Shown here: positions 26,223-35,175 of the stretch, in pieces | How the letters are laid out: each line of letters begins with the position of its first letter | Numbering within the stretch: the first letter of the stretch is position 1 | Virus record (IMG/VR): IMGVR_UViG_3300042473_001368 | Length of the DNA: 64,000 bases | Origin: a virus | Strand: one strand, 5' to 3' | Made by a program: the position numbers and the translations under genes | Notes under the pieces: model-generated | The model's database searches: none | Seen by the model: only the letters and a program-made list of their open reading frames with translations | What the model was told of the DNA's origin: nothing

Positions 26223-27167
26223 ATGAAAAAACAATTACATCTAAAGTGGGCCGTTAGTACAACGCAAATTTTTATCGCTAACCTCGACCCTGAATTCACA
26301 CCGGTGACTGCAGATGAAAAGTTTCATCTTGCGATCAAGCAAAGCACCTTTCTAGGCGGTGAACCATATTTGAGATTTGCTGACTACTTATCTGATGCAA
26401 CTCAAGATCCTAATGCTCAGTTGTTTATTACGCAAAGAGCAGATAGTGTTGAGGACTTTTTCAGAGTTGTAATTGCGGCTGATGCTGCACGTAGAGCCGG
26501 CTTCAAAAACATTAGTCTTGTCTTACCTTATTTCCCTGGTGCTCGTCAAGATCGTGTTTGTAATGAAGGCGAAAGCTTGACTGTTAAGGTCTATGCTGAT
26601 ATGATTAATCGTTGCAATTTTGATGCTGTGTATATCCTAACTCCTCACAGCGATGTTACGCCTGCGCTTATTGATAATGTTGAGCTCATTGACGATCTTG
26701 TCTATGCCGAAAAGGCTGTAGCTGACATCTATCAAAAAACTGGAGTGAATAGCTTTATGATTATCTGTCCAGACGCTGGAGCAGGCAAACGCATTGAAAA
26801 GATTGTCAAACATCTTAAAGCAACGTTTGCGACATTTCATAATTTTGACGTAGTCAATTGCGAGAAAGTTCGTGATCTTGCTACAGGTGAATTGCAAAGC
26901 TTTAAGGTTCATGCTGATCGTAGCCTTAATGGCTATAACTGCATTATCTTTGATGACATTGTGAGCATGGGCGGCACCTTTATTGGACTCAACGCTAAAC
27001 TTGAAGAAGCTGGCGCAGAAAAAGTCTATTTGAGTGTCTCGCACGCAGATTGTCTCAAAGGCGTAGTCAAGATGTGCTCAACCTTCGATGGCGTTTACAT
27101 CACGAATAGCCGCAAAATTGATCGAGACGGTCTTAAGAATCTCACGATTTGGCCAATTGAACTCTAA
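26223..27167 (+). CDS. prs: ribose-phosphate pyrophosphokinase-like (probable NARP1 Adps)
   Basis: F.GGEP, LPYFPGARQDR, PHSDV, PDAGA, K.RD..TG.L, DDI...GGTF, VSH. Confidence 0.88.
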   Translation: MKKQLHLKWAVSTTQIFIANLDPEFTPVTADEKFHLAIKQSTFLGGEPYLRFADYLSDATQDPNAQLFITQRADSVEDFFRVVIAADAARRAGFKNISLVLPYFPGARQDRVCNEGESLTVKVYADMINRCNFDAVYILTPHSDVTPALIDNVELIDDLVYAEKAVADIYQKTGVNSFMIICPDAGAGKRIEKIVKHLKATFATFHNFDVVNCEKVRDLATGELQSFKVHADRSLNGYNCIIFDDIVSMGGTFIGLNAKLEEAGAEKVYLSVSHADCLKGVVKMCSTFDGVYITNSRKIDRDGLKNLTIWPIEL

Positions 27168-27195
27168 ACGAACTATAATATAATCTACTTACAAT

Positions 27196-27519
27196 ATGAA
27201 AACAATAGCACAACAACTTAACGTTAAGTCATTTCCCTTCAGTATCGAAGATTCCAATGGTAAAGAGATTTACTGGGAGAACTCAGATGGATATTGGGAG
27301 AAGCGCGAATACAATTCTAATGGTAATTGGTTTTACTACGAGAACTCCGATGGATATTGGGAGAAGAGTGAATACGATTCTGATGGTAATCGTATTTACT
27401 TAGAGGACTCCAATGGAACAGTCATTGATAATCGTCCTAAAACAGATGTTCAGAAAGCCATTGAACTTCTTACGAAAGAAGGATTGCTGGTAGATGGTAA
27501 GATTGTCATCATCAAATAA
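27196..27519 (+). CDS. beta-hairpin repeat protein (ENS.G.W.K.EY.S.GN) copy 1
   Basis: Internal ~22-aa repeats; paralogue of the next ORF. Confidence 0.75.
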   Translation: MKTIAQQLNVKSFPFSIEDSNGKEIYWENSDGYWEKREYNSNGNWFYYENSDGYWEKSEYDSDGNRIYLEDSNGTVIDNRPKTDVQKAIELLTKEGLLVDGKIVIIK

Positions 27520-27549
27520 TAACGAACCTCAATATAATTATAACATAAT

Positions 27550-27870
27550 ATGAAAACAATAGCACAACAACTCAATGTAAAGGACTTCCCGCTTATCATC
27601 AAAGATTCTAATGGTAAAGAGATTTACCGTGAGGAATCCAATGGAGGTTGGGTCAGACGCGAATACGACTCTAGCAATAGAGAGATTTACCTCGAAAACT
27701 CTGCTGGAAATTGGATTAAAAGAGAATACTCTCTCGCAGGAAGAGAAATTTACTATGAATCTTCTTTCGGAACACTCTATGATGCTCGTCCCAAGACAGA
27801 TGTTCAGAAAGCAATCGATCTTCTTACGAAAGAAGGATTGCTGGTAGATGGAAAGATCCTCAAGCAATAA
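27550..27870 (+). CDS. beta-hairpin repeat protein copy 2
   Basis: Shares MKTIAQQLNVK and RPKTDVQKAI..LTKEGLLVDGKI ends with copy 1. Confidence 0.75.
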   Translation: MKTIAQQLNVKDFPLIIKDSNGKEIYREESNGGWVRREYDSSNREIYLENSAGNWIKREYSLAGREIYYESSFGTLYDARPKTDVQKAIDLLTKEGLLVDGKILKQ

Positions 27871-27897
27871 CGAACCTCAACATAATTAACTTACAAT

Positions 27898-28731
27898 ATG
27901 AATAATACACTAGCACCGCTACTCGTCGACGGCTATAAAGTCGACCATCGCCGTCAATATCCAAGCAACAGCAAGCTTGTCTTTAGTAACCTTACTGCGC
28001 GAGGCTCTCGTGTAGCAGGTCAAAACAAAGTAGTTCTCTTTGGCTTGCAATATTTCATCAAGCGCTATCTCATTGAAGATTGGAATCGCAACTTCTTCGA
28101 GCGACCATTGGATGAGGTAACTGCAAAATACGCACGCCGTTTGCTCGCATATCTTGGACCTAACCAGATCGGCGATCAACACATTCGTGATTTACACGCT
28201 CTTGGCCACTTGCCTCTCGAAATCTGGAGCTTGCCTGAAGGCAGTCTCGTTGATCTTCGTGTGCCAATGTTTGTTGTATGGAATACAGATTCTCGTTTCT
28301 TCTGGCTGACTAATGCTATTGAAACTCTCTTGAGCACTACGATCTGGGGACCTTGCACGAGCGCAACAACTGCATTGATGTATCGTCGAATCTTAAATCG
28401 TTGGGCTCAAAAAACTGCTCCTGAAGCGATTGACTTTGTGCCATGGCAAGGCCACGACTTCTCCTTCCGCGGCCACTTTGGTCTCGAGGCTGCATCGATG
28501 AGCGGAGCTGCTCACTTACTGAGCTTCACTGGTACTGATACATTGCCTGCTATTGATTTCCTCGAGGAATATTATGGCGCTGATGTTGAGAAAGAACTCG
28601 TCGGTGGTTCGGTTGCTGCAACAGAACACAGCGTGATGTGCATGGGTATCGGCGAGTGTGAGGTTTATTTAGATTCTCTCTCTGAAGAGAGTCTTATTGA
28701 ATTTGCTGAGAAGAACGGTTATCGTTTTTAA
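27898..28731 (+). CDS. nadV: nicotinamide phosphoribosyltransferase-like (NARP1 Namat), N-terminal piece
   Basis: D.YKVDH..QYP, FGLQYF, LPEG, ETLLS, HDFSFRG, FTGTDT, SV.ATEHSVMC. Confidence 0.88.
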   Translation: MNNTLAPLLVDGYKVDHRRQYPSNSKLVFSNLTARGSRVAGQNKVVLFGLQYFIKRYLIEDWNRNFFERPLDEVTAKYARRLLAYLGPNQIGDQHIRDLHALGHLPLEIWSLPEGSLVDLRVPMFVVWNTDSRFFWLTNAIETLLSTTIWGPCTSATTALMYRRILNRWAQKTAPEAIDFVPWQGHDFSFRGHFGLEAASMSGAAHLLSFTGTDTLPAIDFLEEYYGADVEKELVGGSVAATEHSVMCMGIGECEVYLDSLSEESLIEFAEKNGYRF

Positions 28732-29503
28732 ATTGATTACACTCATCTTTTGACCAGTTATGCGATCGTCCCATATGTTTATTGAAATTTCCTCCATCTA
28801 AATTTTGTAATGAGCATATGGGACACGAAAGCTTAGGCCTAGCCTGAGCCCGCGCTTTAGCCCACTCTTTATTTTGACCTAGCAGCTTTGCTGCAGCGCT
28901 CATTTTCTGCTTTGTCGATTCACTATGAGATTTGCCGAGAAATGTTGGCTCTCTTGATTCTACCAGCAATTTCCCTCTATCTCCTCGCCAGAAATCTTCG
29001 TTAATTTTGTCCATCTTTAACCTAAACTCAGGAGTAGCCCATAACTCTTTCATTTTTTCTCTCCTATGTTGTCTGTATTCTTCACTTGCTTGTCGCGAAG
29101 AAACCGCTTTTGAAATCTTATTTACATGATCCTCAGAAAGCACCCTACCAATATTGCATATTATAAACGGTTTATTATTATTGTCGTGAGTATTCAAAAA
29201 ATCCTTTCTGGTACGAGCATTAACCTTTTTTAAGAATTTTGATTCAAATATACAAGCTTCAGTGTGCGTCTCAAACTGTTTGTGAATTACAATAGAAATG
29301 GGGGTAATGCCTTTATCTAAAAGATTTTTTACAGATAACGAACTACTATAATATTTAATAAACAGATCTTCAGAAGGTTTTAATTTTAACCTAATATTCG
29401 CACACCTAACACCATAGTAATATTTTAACTCACCGTCAACTTCAAACTTAAGCATATAAGTGTAACATTTAACATCATCATTTGTTTTATTAAGAACTAA
29501 CAT
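28694..29503 (-). mobile_element. free-standing GIY-YIG-like homing endonuclease inside the Nampt-like gene
   Basis: YTYML...YYYGVR...YYSSS, NUMOD3-like GKSHSESTKQKMS, C-terminal CPIC; TATAAATA upstream on the minus strand. Confidence 0.8.
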
Positions 29504-29538
29504 ATAATATTATTTATACTCCACAAGTCCAAAGTATC

Positions 29539-30375
29539 ATGAAAATAACACAAGAAAATAAAAAAGAATTCGCTGAATATTTGACATTTAAGCGATTAAT
29601 TACAGAAACATACCCAACTGGTATCGTAAGTATCGTAAGCGACACGTTTTCATTCTGGAATGTAGTCAATCCTGATGGAGGCATTTGCGCACAGCTTAAA
29701 GATTTGATTATGGCTCGTGATGGTAAGGTTGTCATTCGTCCTGACAGTGGTGATCCAGTGAAGATTGTTACTGGCTATACTGATGAAGAATGGACGGCTC
29801 TTGAATATGCTCGTAGTTATAGTGGAGGTTTGACGATGCCATCGGAACTTGAGCGTAAGGGCATGATTGTGTGCCTTTGGGAAATCTTCGGCGGTACCGA
29901 AACCAGCACTGGATATAAGCAGCTCGACTCTCACATTGGAGCAATCTATGGTGATAGCATTACTCTTGAGCGTGCAGAGGAAATCTGCCAACGCCTCGCT
30001 GATAAAGGCTTTGCATCGACTAACATTGTCTTTGGTATTGGCAGCTTTACCTATCAAGGCGCTGTAACTCCTGATGCAATTGTAACTCGCGACACCTATG
30101 GCTTTGCTGTAAAGAGCACCTATGGTGAAGTTGAGATCAACGGAGATATTGTTGGTAAAGAGATCTTCAAAGATCCTAAGACTGACAATGGTCTGAAGAA
30201 GAGTGCAAAAGGTCTGACCGCTGTCTATGAAACAGCAGATGGCTTTGAGCTCAAAGATCAAGCAACCTGGGATGAAGTTCGCAATTGCGCATTCTATCCT
30301 GTCTTCGCAAATGGCAATCAGTGTGTTGTTGAAACTCTAAGCGAGATTCGTGCTCGCCTTGCTAAAAACTTCTAA
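29539..30375 (+). CDS. nadV: Nampt-like (Namat) C-terminal piece
   Basis: P.GIVSIVSDT, VVIRPDSGDP, IYGDSIT, FGIGSFTYQ, TRDT.GFAVK, KDPKTD.G.KKSAKG. Confidence 0.88.
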   Translation: MKITQENKKEFAEYLTFKRLITETYPTGIVSIVSDTFSFWNVVNPDGGICAQLKDLIMARDGKVVIRPDSGDPVKIVTGYTDEEWTALEYARSYSGGLTMPSELERKGMIVCLWEIFGGTETSTGYKQLDSHIGAIYGDSITLERAEEICQRLADKGFASTNIVFGIGSFTYQGAVTPDAIVTRDTYGFAVKSTYGEVEINGDIVGKEIFKDPKTDNGLKKSAKGLTAVYETADGFELKDQATWDEVRNCAFYPVFANGNQCVVETLSEIRARLAKNF

Positions 30376-30376
30376 T

Positions 30377-30850
30377 ATGAAAAGTATTACACTATTCGCG
30401 CCAAATCTCTTAAGCGTTGATGAGATTATGCGGTATAGCAATAAGCGTAAAGTCTTTCTGGCCGGCAGCATCGAAATGGGTGCTGCCGAGCCATGGCAAG
30501 AGGAACTAGCGTCTCGCTTCGCAGATAACGATATTGTCTTTTATAACCCTCGCCGTCCTGATTGGGACAGCACATGGACTGATACAAGCGACGCATTTAA
30601 CGAGCAGGTAAACTGGGAGATGGATCACCTAGAAGAGGCTGATGAGATCATTCTCTATTTTGATCCAGCTACTAAGAGCCCGATTAGTCTATTGGAGCTT
30701 GGCTTGCATGCTGCTAGCAAAAAAGTAACGGTGTGTTGCCCTGATGGCTTTTGGCGCAAAGGTAATGTTCGTGTTGTCTGCGAGCGATACGATATACCTT
30801 TGATCCACAGCAAAGAAGAGCTCATCGATCACTTGCGCCGTGTCTGGTAA
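30377..30850 (+). CDS. nucleoside 2-deoxyribosyltransferase-like protein
   Basis: VFLAGSIEMG...WQ, NPRR, QV.WE..L, SPISLLELG. Confidence 0.8.
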   Translation: MKSITLFAPNLLSVDEIMRYSNKRKVFLAGSIEMGAAEPWQEELASRFADNDIVFYNPRRPDWDSTWTDTSDAFNEQVNWEMDHLEEADEIILYFDPATKSPISLLELGLHAASKKVTVCCPDGFWRKGNVRVVCERYDIPLIHSKEELIDHLRRVW

Positions 30851-30889
30851 GTATAACGAACTACGATATAATTAAGAGTAATACAAAAT

Positions 30890-31153
30890 ATGAACATCTA
30901 CCATATCTCTCAAACTGAAAATCGCGGCTATGATACCTATAGTGATGCTGTAGTAATTGCGCCTGACGTTGAAACTGCGCGCCGTGTAAACCCCAGTGAG
31001 TACGGCGACGTCTTTATGACTGACGAGGATTGGAAATATACTTATAGCAGCTGGGCGAGCTCGCCTGAAAATGTGAGCGTGACTCTTGTCGGAGTTGCAT
31101 CTGAAAACGAAAAATCGCCTCGCGTTGTTTGCGCAAGCTTTCACGCTGGCTAA
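30890..31153 (+). CDS. conserved phage hypothetical protein
   Basis: YDTYSDAVVIA and V.ASFHAG motifs. Confidence 0.7.
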   Translation: MNIYHISQTENRGYDTYSDAVVIAPDVETARRVNPSEYGDVFMTDEDWKYTYSSWASSPENVSVTLVGVASENEKSPRVVCASFHAG

Positions 31154-31164
31154 TTTACAAAATT

Positions 31165-31458
31165 ATGAAACTTGCATCTATTGAAACTATCAAAACCGTT
31201 GAGCAGCATTCAAATGCTGATGCTCTCGACATTGTAACTGTGCTTGGCTATCGCTGCATCGTTGGACGTGGTGCCTTCTCTCAAGGAGATAAGGTAGTTC
31301 TAATCCAACCTGATACTGTATTGCCTGACGAGCCATGGGCTGAAATGTTCCGTAAACGCAGCAACAGAGTGAAAGCTTGTCGTCTGCGTGGTGAATGGAG
31401 CTATTCAATAGTACTACCGTTATCAATTCTTCAAAATTACGGTGAACTTATCGAGTGA
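31165..31458 (+). CDS. RNA ligase (DRB0094-like), N-terminal piece
   Basis: MKLASI..I....H.NAD.L....V.G...V.....F..GD...I.PD..LP, RVK..RLRG..S. Confidence 0.75.
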   Translation: MKLASIETIKTVEQHSNADALDIVTVLGYRCIVGRGAFSQGDKVVLIQPDTVLPDEPWAEMFRKRSNRVKACRLRGEWSYSIVLPLSILQNYGELIE

Positions 31459-31498
31459 AAGCTATATGATTTTGTGGGGTGTAGTATAAATATGTTAT

Positions 31499-32359
31499 AT
31501 GAACTACACTAAGATATATAACTCACTAATAACTCAGGCAAAAAACAGACAGGTAGATATCAACCAGTATTATGAGCGACACCATATAGTACCTAAATGC
31601 TGTAACGGAGAAGATACAGAATCAAATACGGTACTTTTAACAGGTAGGGAGCATTACATTGCACATCTTTTATTGTGGAAGATGTTTCCGTCTAACAGCA
31701 AACTATTGTTTGCCTTTAGGATGATGTCGCATGCTAACAATAACGGTTTACGAACATATAAGTATAATGCTAGGTTGTACGAAGCTGCACGGCAATCACT
31801 TTCAACGTATCTTAAAACTAATAAAGAGATAGGTAAAAAGGTATCTGAAGCACTTAAAGGTAGAAAGCAAAATGCTGAGCATGTTAAAAAGCGTATGGAT
31901 AGTAGAAAACGAAACGGTAAAAAATATACCACTGAACATATCGAGAAATACCGTAACGGAACTTTACGTGCACTTGCACGGGGCTGGAAACCTAATACAA
32001 CAGGATTGAGATCGCATGTAAAAGGAGAATTTAAACATTCTGATAAAACAAAAAATATTTTACGTCATAAAAGATTGGGTAAAACGTTTGATGAAATATA
32101 TGGACCTGAAAAGGCTCTACAGATGAGACAGCAAAAGAAGGAGTTAGTTGGTATCAGTAATCCGAACTTTCGTATAATAGACGTAGAGTTGGTTAAAGAT
32201 ATGCTCGATAATGGTATACCAATGAAAGAAATTGTTAGAGAGCTAAAATCTAGTTATGTAACAATCTCAAAGAGATTTCAAGATGTTTTTGGAGTTTCTA
32301 TATCCAACTATACAAACTCTAAAGACTTAACAAAAAAACGGATCACGAATAAACATTAA
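31499..32359 (+). mobile_element. free-standing HNH homing endonuclease (MobE-like)
   Basis: MNYTKIY..LI..AK.R, YERHHIVPKC..G, LT.REHYIAH.LL; TATAAATA promoter. Confidence 0.85.
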
Positions 32360-32366
32360 ATAGTAT

Positions 32367-33098
32367 ATGAAACTTAAAATAAGCGGACAAATAATAGACC
32401 TCGTTCCAGGCACTGAAGTCTCTGAGATTATTGGCGTCACCAAATATGAGCCACCTGCTCCTCAAGATCTTAGCGCTGCTGGCTATTTGCCTCGTGGATT
32501 GCCTAAGACTGATGAAGAGCGCTGGCAGAATATTGTTGACTTGCCCTTTGGTGAAGTGTGTGATATTACTCTCAAGATCGATGGCAGCTCGTTAAGTGTC
32601 TATGCTCGTAAACTCGAAGATGGCTCTTGGGAAACCGGAGTAACTTCTCGTAGCTTGCGCCTCAAGCCTGAATGCGATAACAAATACACTCAAGGAGTTG
32701 CTAAGTATGATATTCTCAACAAGCTCCTCGCTTACTGTCAGCAGCATGATGTAAGTCTCAGCTTGCGCGGTGAGCTGTATGGTAATGGCATTCAGGGCTT
32801 CGGCAAAAATCCTCACGGTCAACTTCCGCTTAATTTCGCTGCTTTCAGTGTCTTTAATATGGATAAGCTTGAGTATGCAGGTCCGAGCGACTCGCATTAC
32901 TACGAGAAGATTTGTGCTGAGCTAAACATTCCTGTTGTGCCAATGCTCGAGAAAGGCGTTGTGTTAACTCCAGAGCACATTCAAAAATATAGCGCAGAGA
33001 TTGATAAGATCGATGGTAAAGCTTTTGAAGGCGTTGTAGTTAAGCATGCAGGTGGCTCGTTTAAGATTATTAACCTGCAATATGATGAAAGAAAATAA
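32367..33098 (+). CDS. RNA ligase (DRB0094/Rnl2-like), catalytic piece
   Basis: GVTKYEPP, PKTDEER.QN, motif I KIDGSS, RGELYG.GIQ, EGVV, FKIIN. Confidence 0.82.
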   Translation: MKLKISGQIIDLVPGTEVSEIIGVTKYEPPAPQDLSAAGYLPRGLPKTDEERWQNIVDLPFGEVCDITLKIDGSSLSVYARKLEDGSWETGVTSRSLRLKPECDNKYTQGVAKYDILNKLLAYCQQHDVSLSLRGELYGNGIQGFGKNPHGQLPLNFAAFSVFNMDKLEYAGPSDSHYYEKICAELNIPVVPMLEKGVVLTPEHIQKYSAEIDKIDGKAFEGVVVKHAGGSFKIINLQYDERK

Positions 33099-33366
33099 CA
33101 GCATAACTAAAGAACACGAAGATCTGATTAGTAAATATCGTTGGTCTATTCAAGAGCTTGGTCGTGTGCAGGATCTCTATTACGAGACACTGACAATCGG
33201 ACTAGGCTTGAGTGACAAGGCTGAAGAGTTTTTATTTGATTACATCTATAACAGCGGCGAAGAAACTTCATTTGAAGAATATCTTTCAAAGTTCGGAGAG
33301 CTCAGTTCTCCGAACACTGTTACTAGACCGAACTTTGGTGACTTCGATATCTACAAAACGAACTAA
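33085..33366 (+). CDS. hypothetical protein
   Basis: ORF overlapping the ligase stop. Confidence 0.55.
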   Translation: MKENNSITKEHEDLISKYRWSIQELGRVQDLYYETLTIGLGLSDKAEEFLFDYIYNSGEETSFEEYLSKFGELSSPNTVTRPNFGDFDIYKTN

Positions 33367-33380
33367 CGTATCATTACAAC

Positions 33381-33791
33381 ATGAAATTAGCTATTGAACA
33401 TCGCTACACACATGCTGAAGCTAAGGAAGGAGAGAAGATCGGTCTAGCTGGTCTTCGTGCTCTTAAAAATAGCAAAGGCCAGTGGGTTGTAAGTTTCTCG
33501 AGTACGAATCACAAATACCTTAATGTGGACTACAACATCTCGGGCAATGCACCGTGTGGTGAATCAATAGGATTTGAAGATGACTCAGATGCTTTTGCTG
33601 AAGGCTTCTCTATCGAGACACAAGAAACATATCCTGATGATGGTTGTGATATGCCGCACGATAGTGTAATTCTTTGGATGATTCCTGAGTCTAAGGCAGA
33701 ACAAGAAGAACTATCTGGAGTGGCTGCAATCTTACCTTCTAAGTGGAGCTATTGCGCTTGCATCGTTCCATTCTCAGACGTTGAACTATAA
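33381..33791 (+). CDS. hypothetical protein
   Basis: 136 aa after an early promoter. Confidence 0.6.
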   Translation: MKLAIEHRYTHAEAKEGEKIGLAGLRALKNSKGQWVVSFSSTNHKYLNVDYNISGNAPCGESIGFEDDSDAFAEGFSIETQETYPDDGCDMPHDSVILWMIPESKAEQEELSGVAAILPSKWSYCACIVPFSDVEL

Positions 33792-33829
33792 AATAATATT
33801 TACAAAACGAACTAACATATAATTATAAC

Positions 33830-34291
33830 ATGAACATTGCTCAAGCATTAAAAGAAAAGAATCGTGCAGCTGGTAGAGTTGCTAACCTACAAAATCAACT
33901 GTTTCGACACAACCGTTATCGCAGCGATCAGAGACCTATTGAAGACCCTAAAGTGATTTGGGCGAATCTTCTTAAAGAGCGAGCTCATTTGAATCAGATT
34001 AAATATCTGATTCAGAAAGCAAATGCTGGTATCGCCGCAGAGCTTGTATCTATCGCAGAAGCAAAAGCTATGCTTGTGTTTCTCACTAGTAACGCAAATA
34101 CTGCTGGACTACGAGGCTCTACTGAACAAGTATATGACCGCGCCTCTGGCAATTATGCAGATAGTGCCTATACTATCGAGTATGGTCTTGATGCAGCTGA
34201 CCTCCGCGAGCAAGTCGAACATTATCAAAAGATGATCGAAGACTTACAAGATAAGATTGACAACTACAACGCTGTTACTCAAATCGACTAA
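33830..34291 (+). CDS. coiled-coil protein, DIP1984-family-like (recognised from recall)
   Basis: MNIAQAL.E..R....V..LQ...P.ED...IQKAN, C-terminal ID.YN..T.I. Confidence 0.65.
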   Translation: MNIAQALKEKNRAAGRVANLQNQLFRHNRYRSDQRPIEDPKVIWANLLKERAHLNQIKYLIQKANAGIAAELVSIAEAKAMLVFLTSNANTAGLRGSTEQVYDRASGNYADSAYTIEYGLDAADLREQVEHYQKMIEDLQDKIDNYNAVTQID

Positions 34292-34299
34292 ATAATTTT

Positions 34300-34491
34300 G
34301 TTGGCTCTAAATGGATTGACTTCGATGTACTTAGGAAGTACCAAAATACTACAGCTTCATGCTGTGCATTGATAACGATAAAGATAATAATCACGTAAAT
34401 GCGTGTTAAAACTTAAGTTTCAAAATTTTGTTATTAAATCTCAAAGTTCAAAAATTAAAACTCAGCGTGAAGTTATGAAGTTTAGAGCCAA
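34300..34491 (+). ncRNA. ~190-nt structured RNA with iterated T(C/T)AAA motifs
   Basis: Perfect 12-bp terminal inverted repeat gttggctctaaa/tttagagccaac, inner hairpins, short repeats at 34408-34465. Confidence 0.55.
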
Positions 34492-34657
34492 CATCCTATA
34501 AATATAACCGTATGTCCTTAGAATACTTTTTGTATGTATCGAAGTATGTTAGTATTGGGTTTATTATTGGGTGCATTTTTGGTACTATCTTGTATCATAT
34601 ACTAAAAAAACTATTTTATATAGTCGATAAACTTGAATAAGACCTTATAATAAGTAG

Positions 34658-35056
34658 ATGAAACAAATACTACTTACAATATTATTAGCTCTTTCTTTGT
34701 GCGAGCCTGTGAAAGCTAATGATACAAAGATAGGACTCGCGACATATTACTCAATAAGTACAAATGGAGGATCAACAACATCAAGCGGTGTACCTCTCAG
34801 CGACAATAAACTAACTGCAGCGTCAGTTATCTTCCCTCTCAAATCAAAACTATTGATTACAAATCTCACGAATGGCAAATCTATTACCGTTACTGTAACA
34901 GACACAGGTCCATTTGCAATGAATTCTCAGGGCAGAGCTATTAGACCTCTTCGCGCTCACCCTTCTCGTATCGTAGATGTTTCCCTCGCAGCTGCGAAAG
35001 CTCTCTCCTTCCATGGTAAAGGTATTGCAAAAGTTAAAGTACAAAAATTAAAATAA
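34658..35056 (+). CDS. rlpA: RlpA-like (DPBB) lytic transglycosylase family protein
   Basis: Signal peptide, GLATYY, T.SG......LTAA, NL.NG.S..V.V.D.GPF, RIVD.S..AA..L. Confidence 0.82.
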   Translation: MKQILLTILLALSLCEPVKANDTKIGLATYYSISTNGGSTTSSGVPLSDNKLTAASVIFPLKSKLLITNLTNGKSITVTVTDTGPFAMNSQGRAIRPLRAHPSRIVDVSLAAAKALSFHGKGIAKVKVQKLK

Positions 35057-35175
35057 TATGACATTAGGACTTATTCTATTACTACTCGGCGCATTCACGT
35101 TAGGCGTTGTTGCAGGTGCATTTCTAATTTGCCTGTTTATAAGCAATAAACTTCCGCCTCCACCTAACTGGTAAC

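Noticed and set aside
28732-29538. Group I intron or intein in the Nampt-like gene
   Set aside because: The endonuclease ORF fills the gap on the opposite strand, no P/Q/R/S core is recognisable, and both pieces have their own start and stop. Only RT-PCR can fully exclude splicing.
31459-32366. Group I intron in the RNA ligase gene
   Set aside because: There are only 40 and 7 nt of non-coding flank, too little for an intron core.
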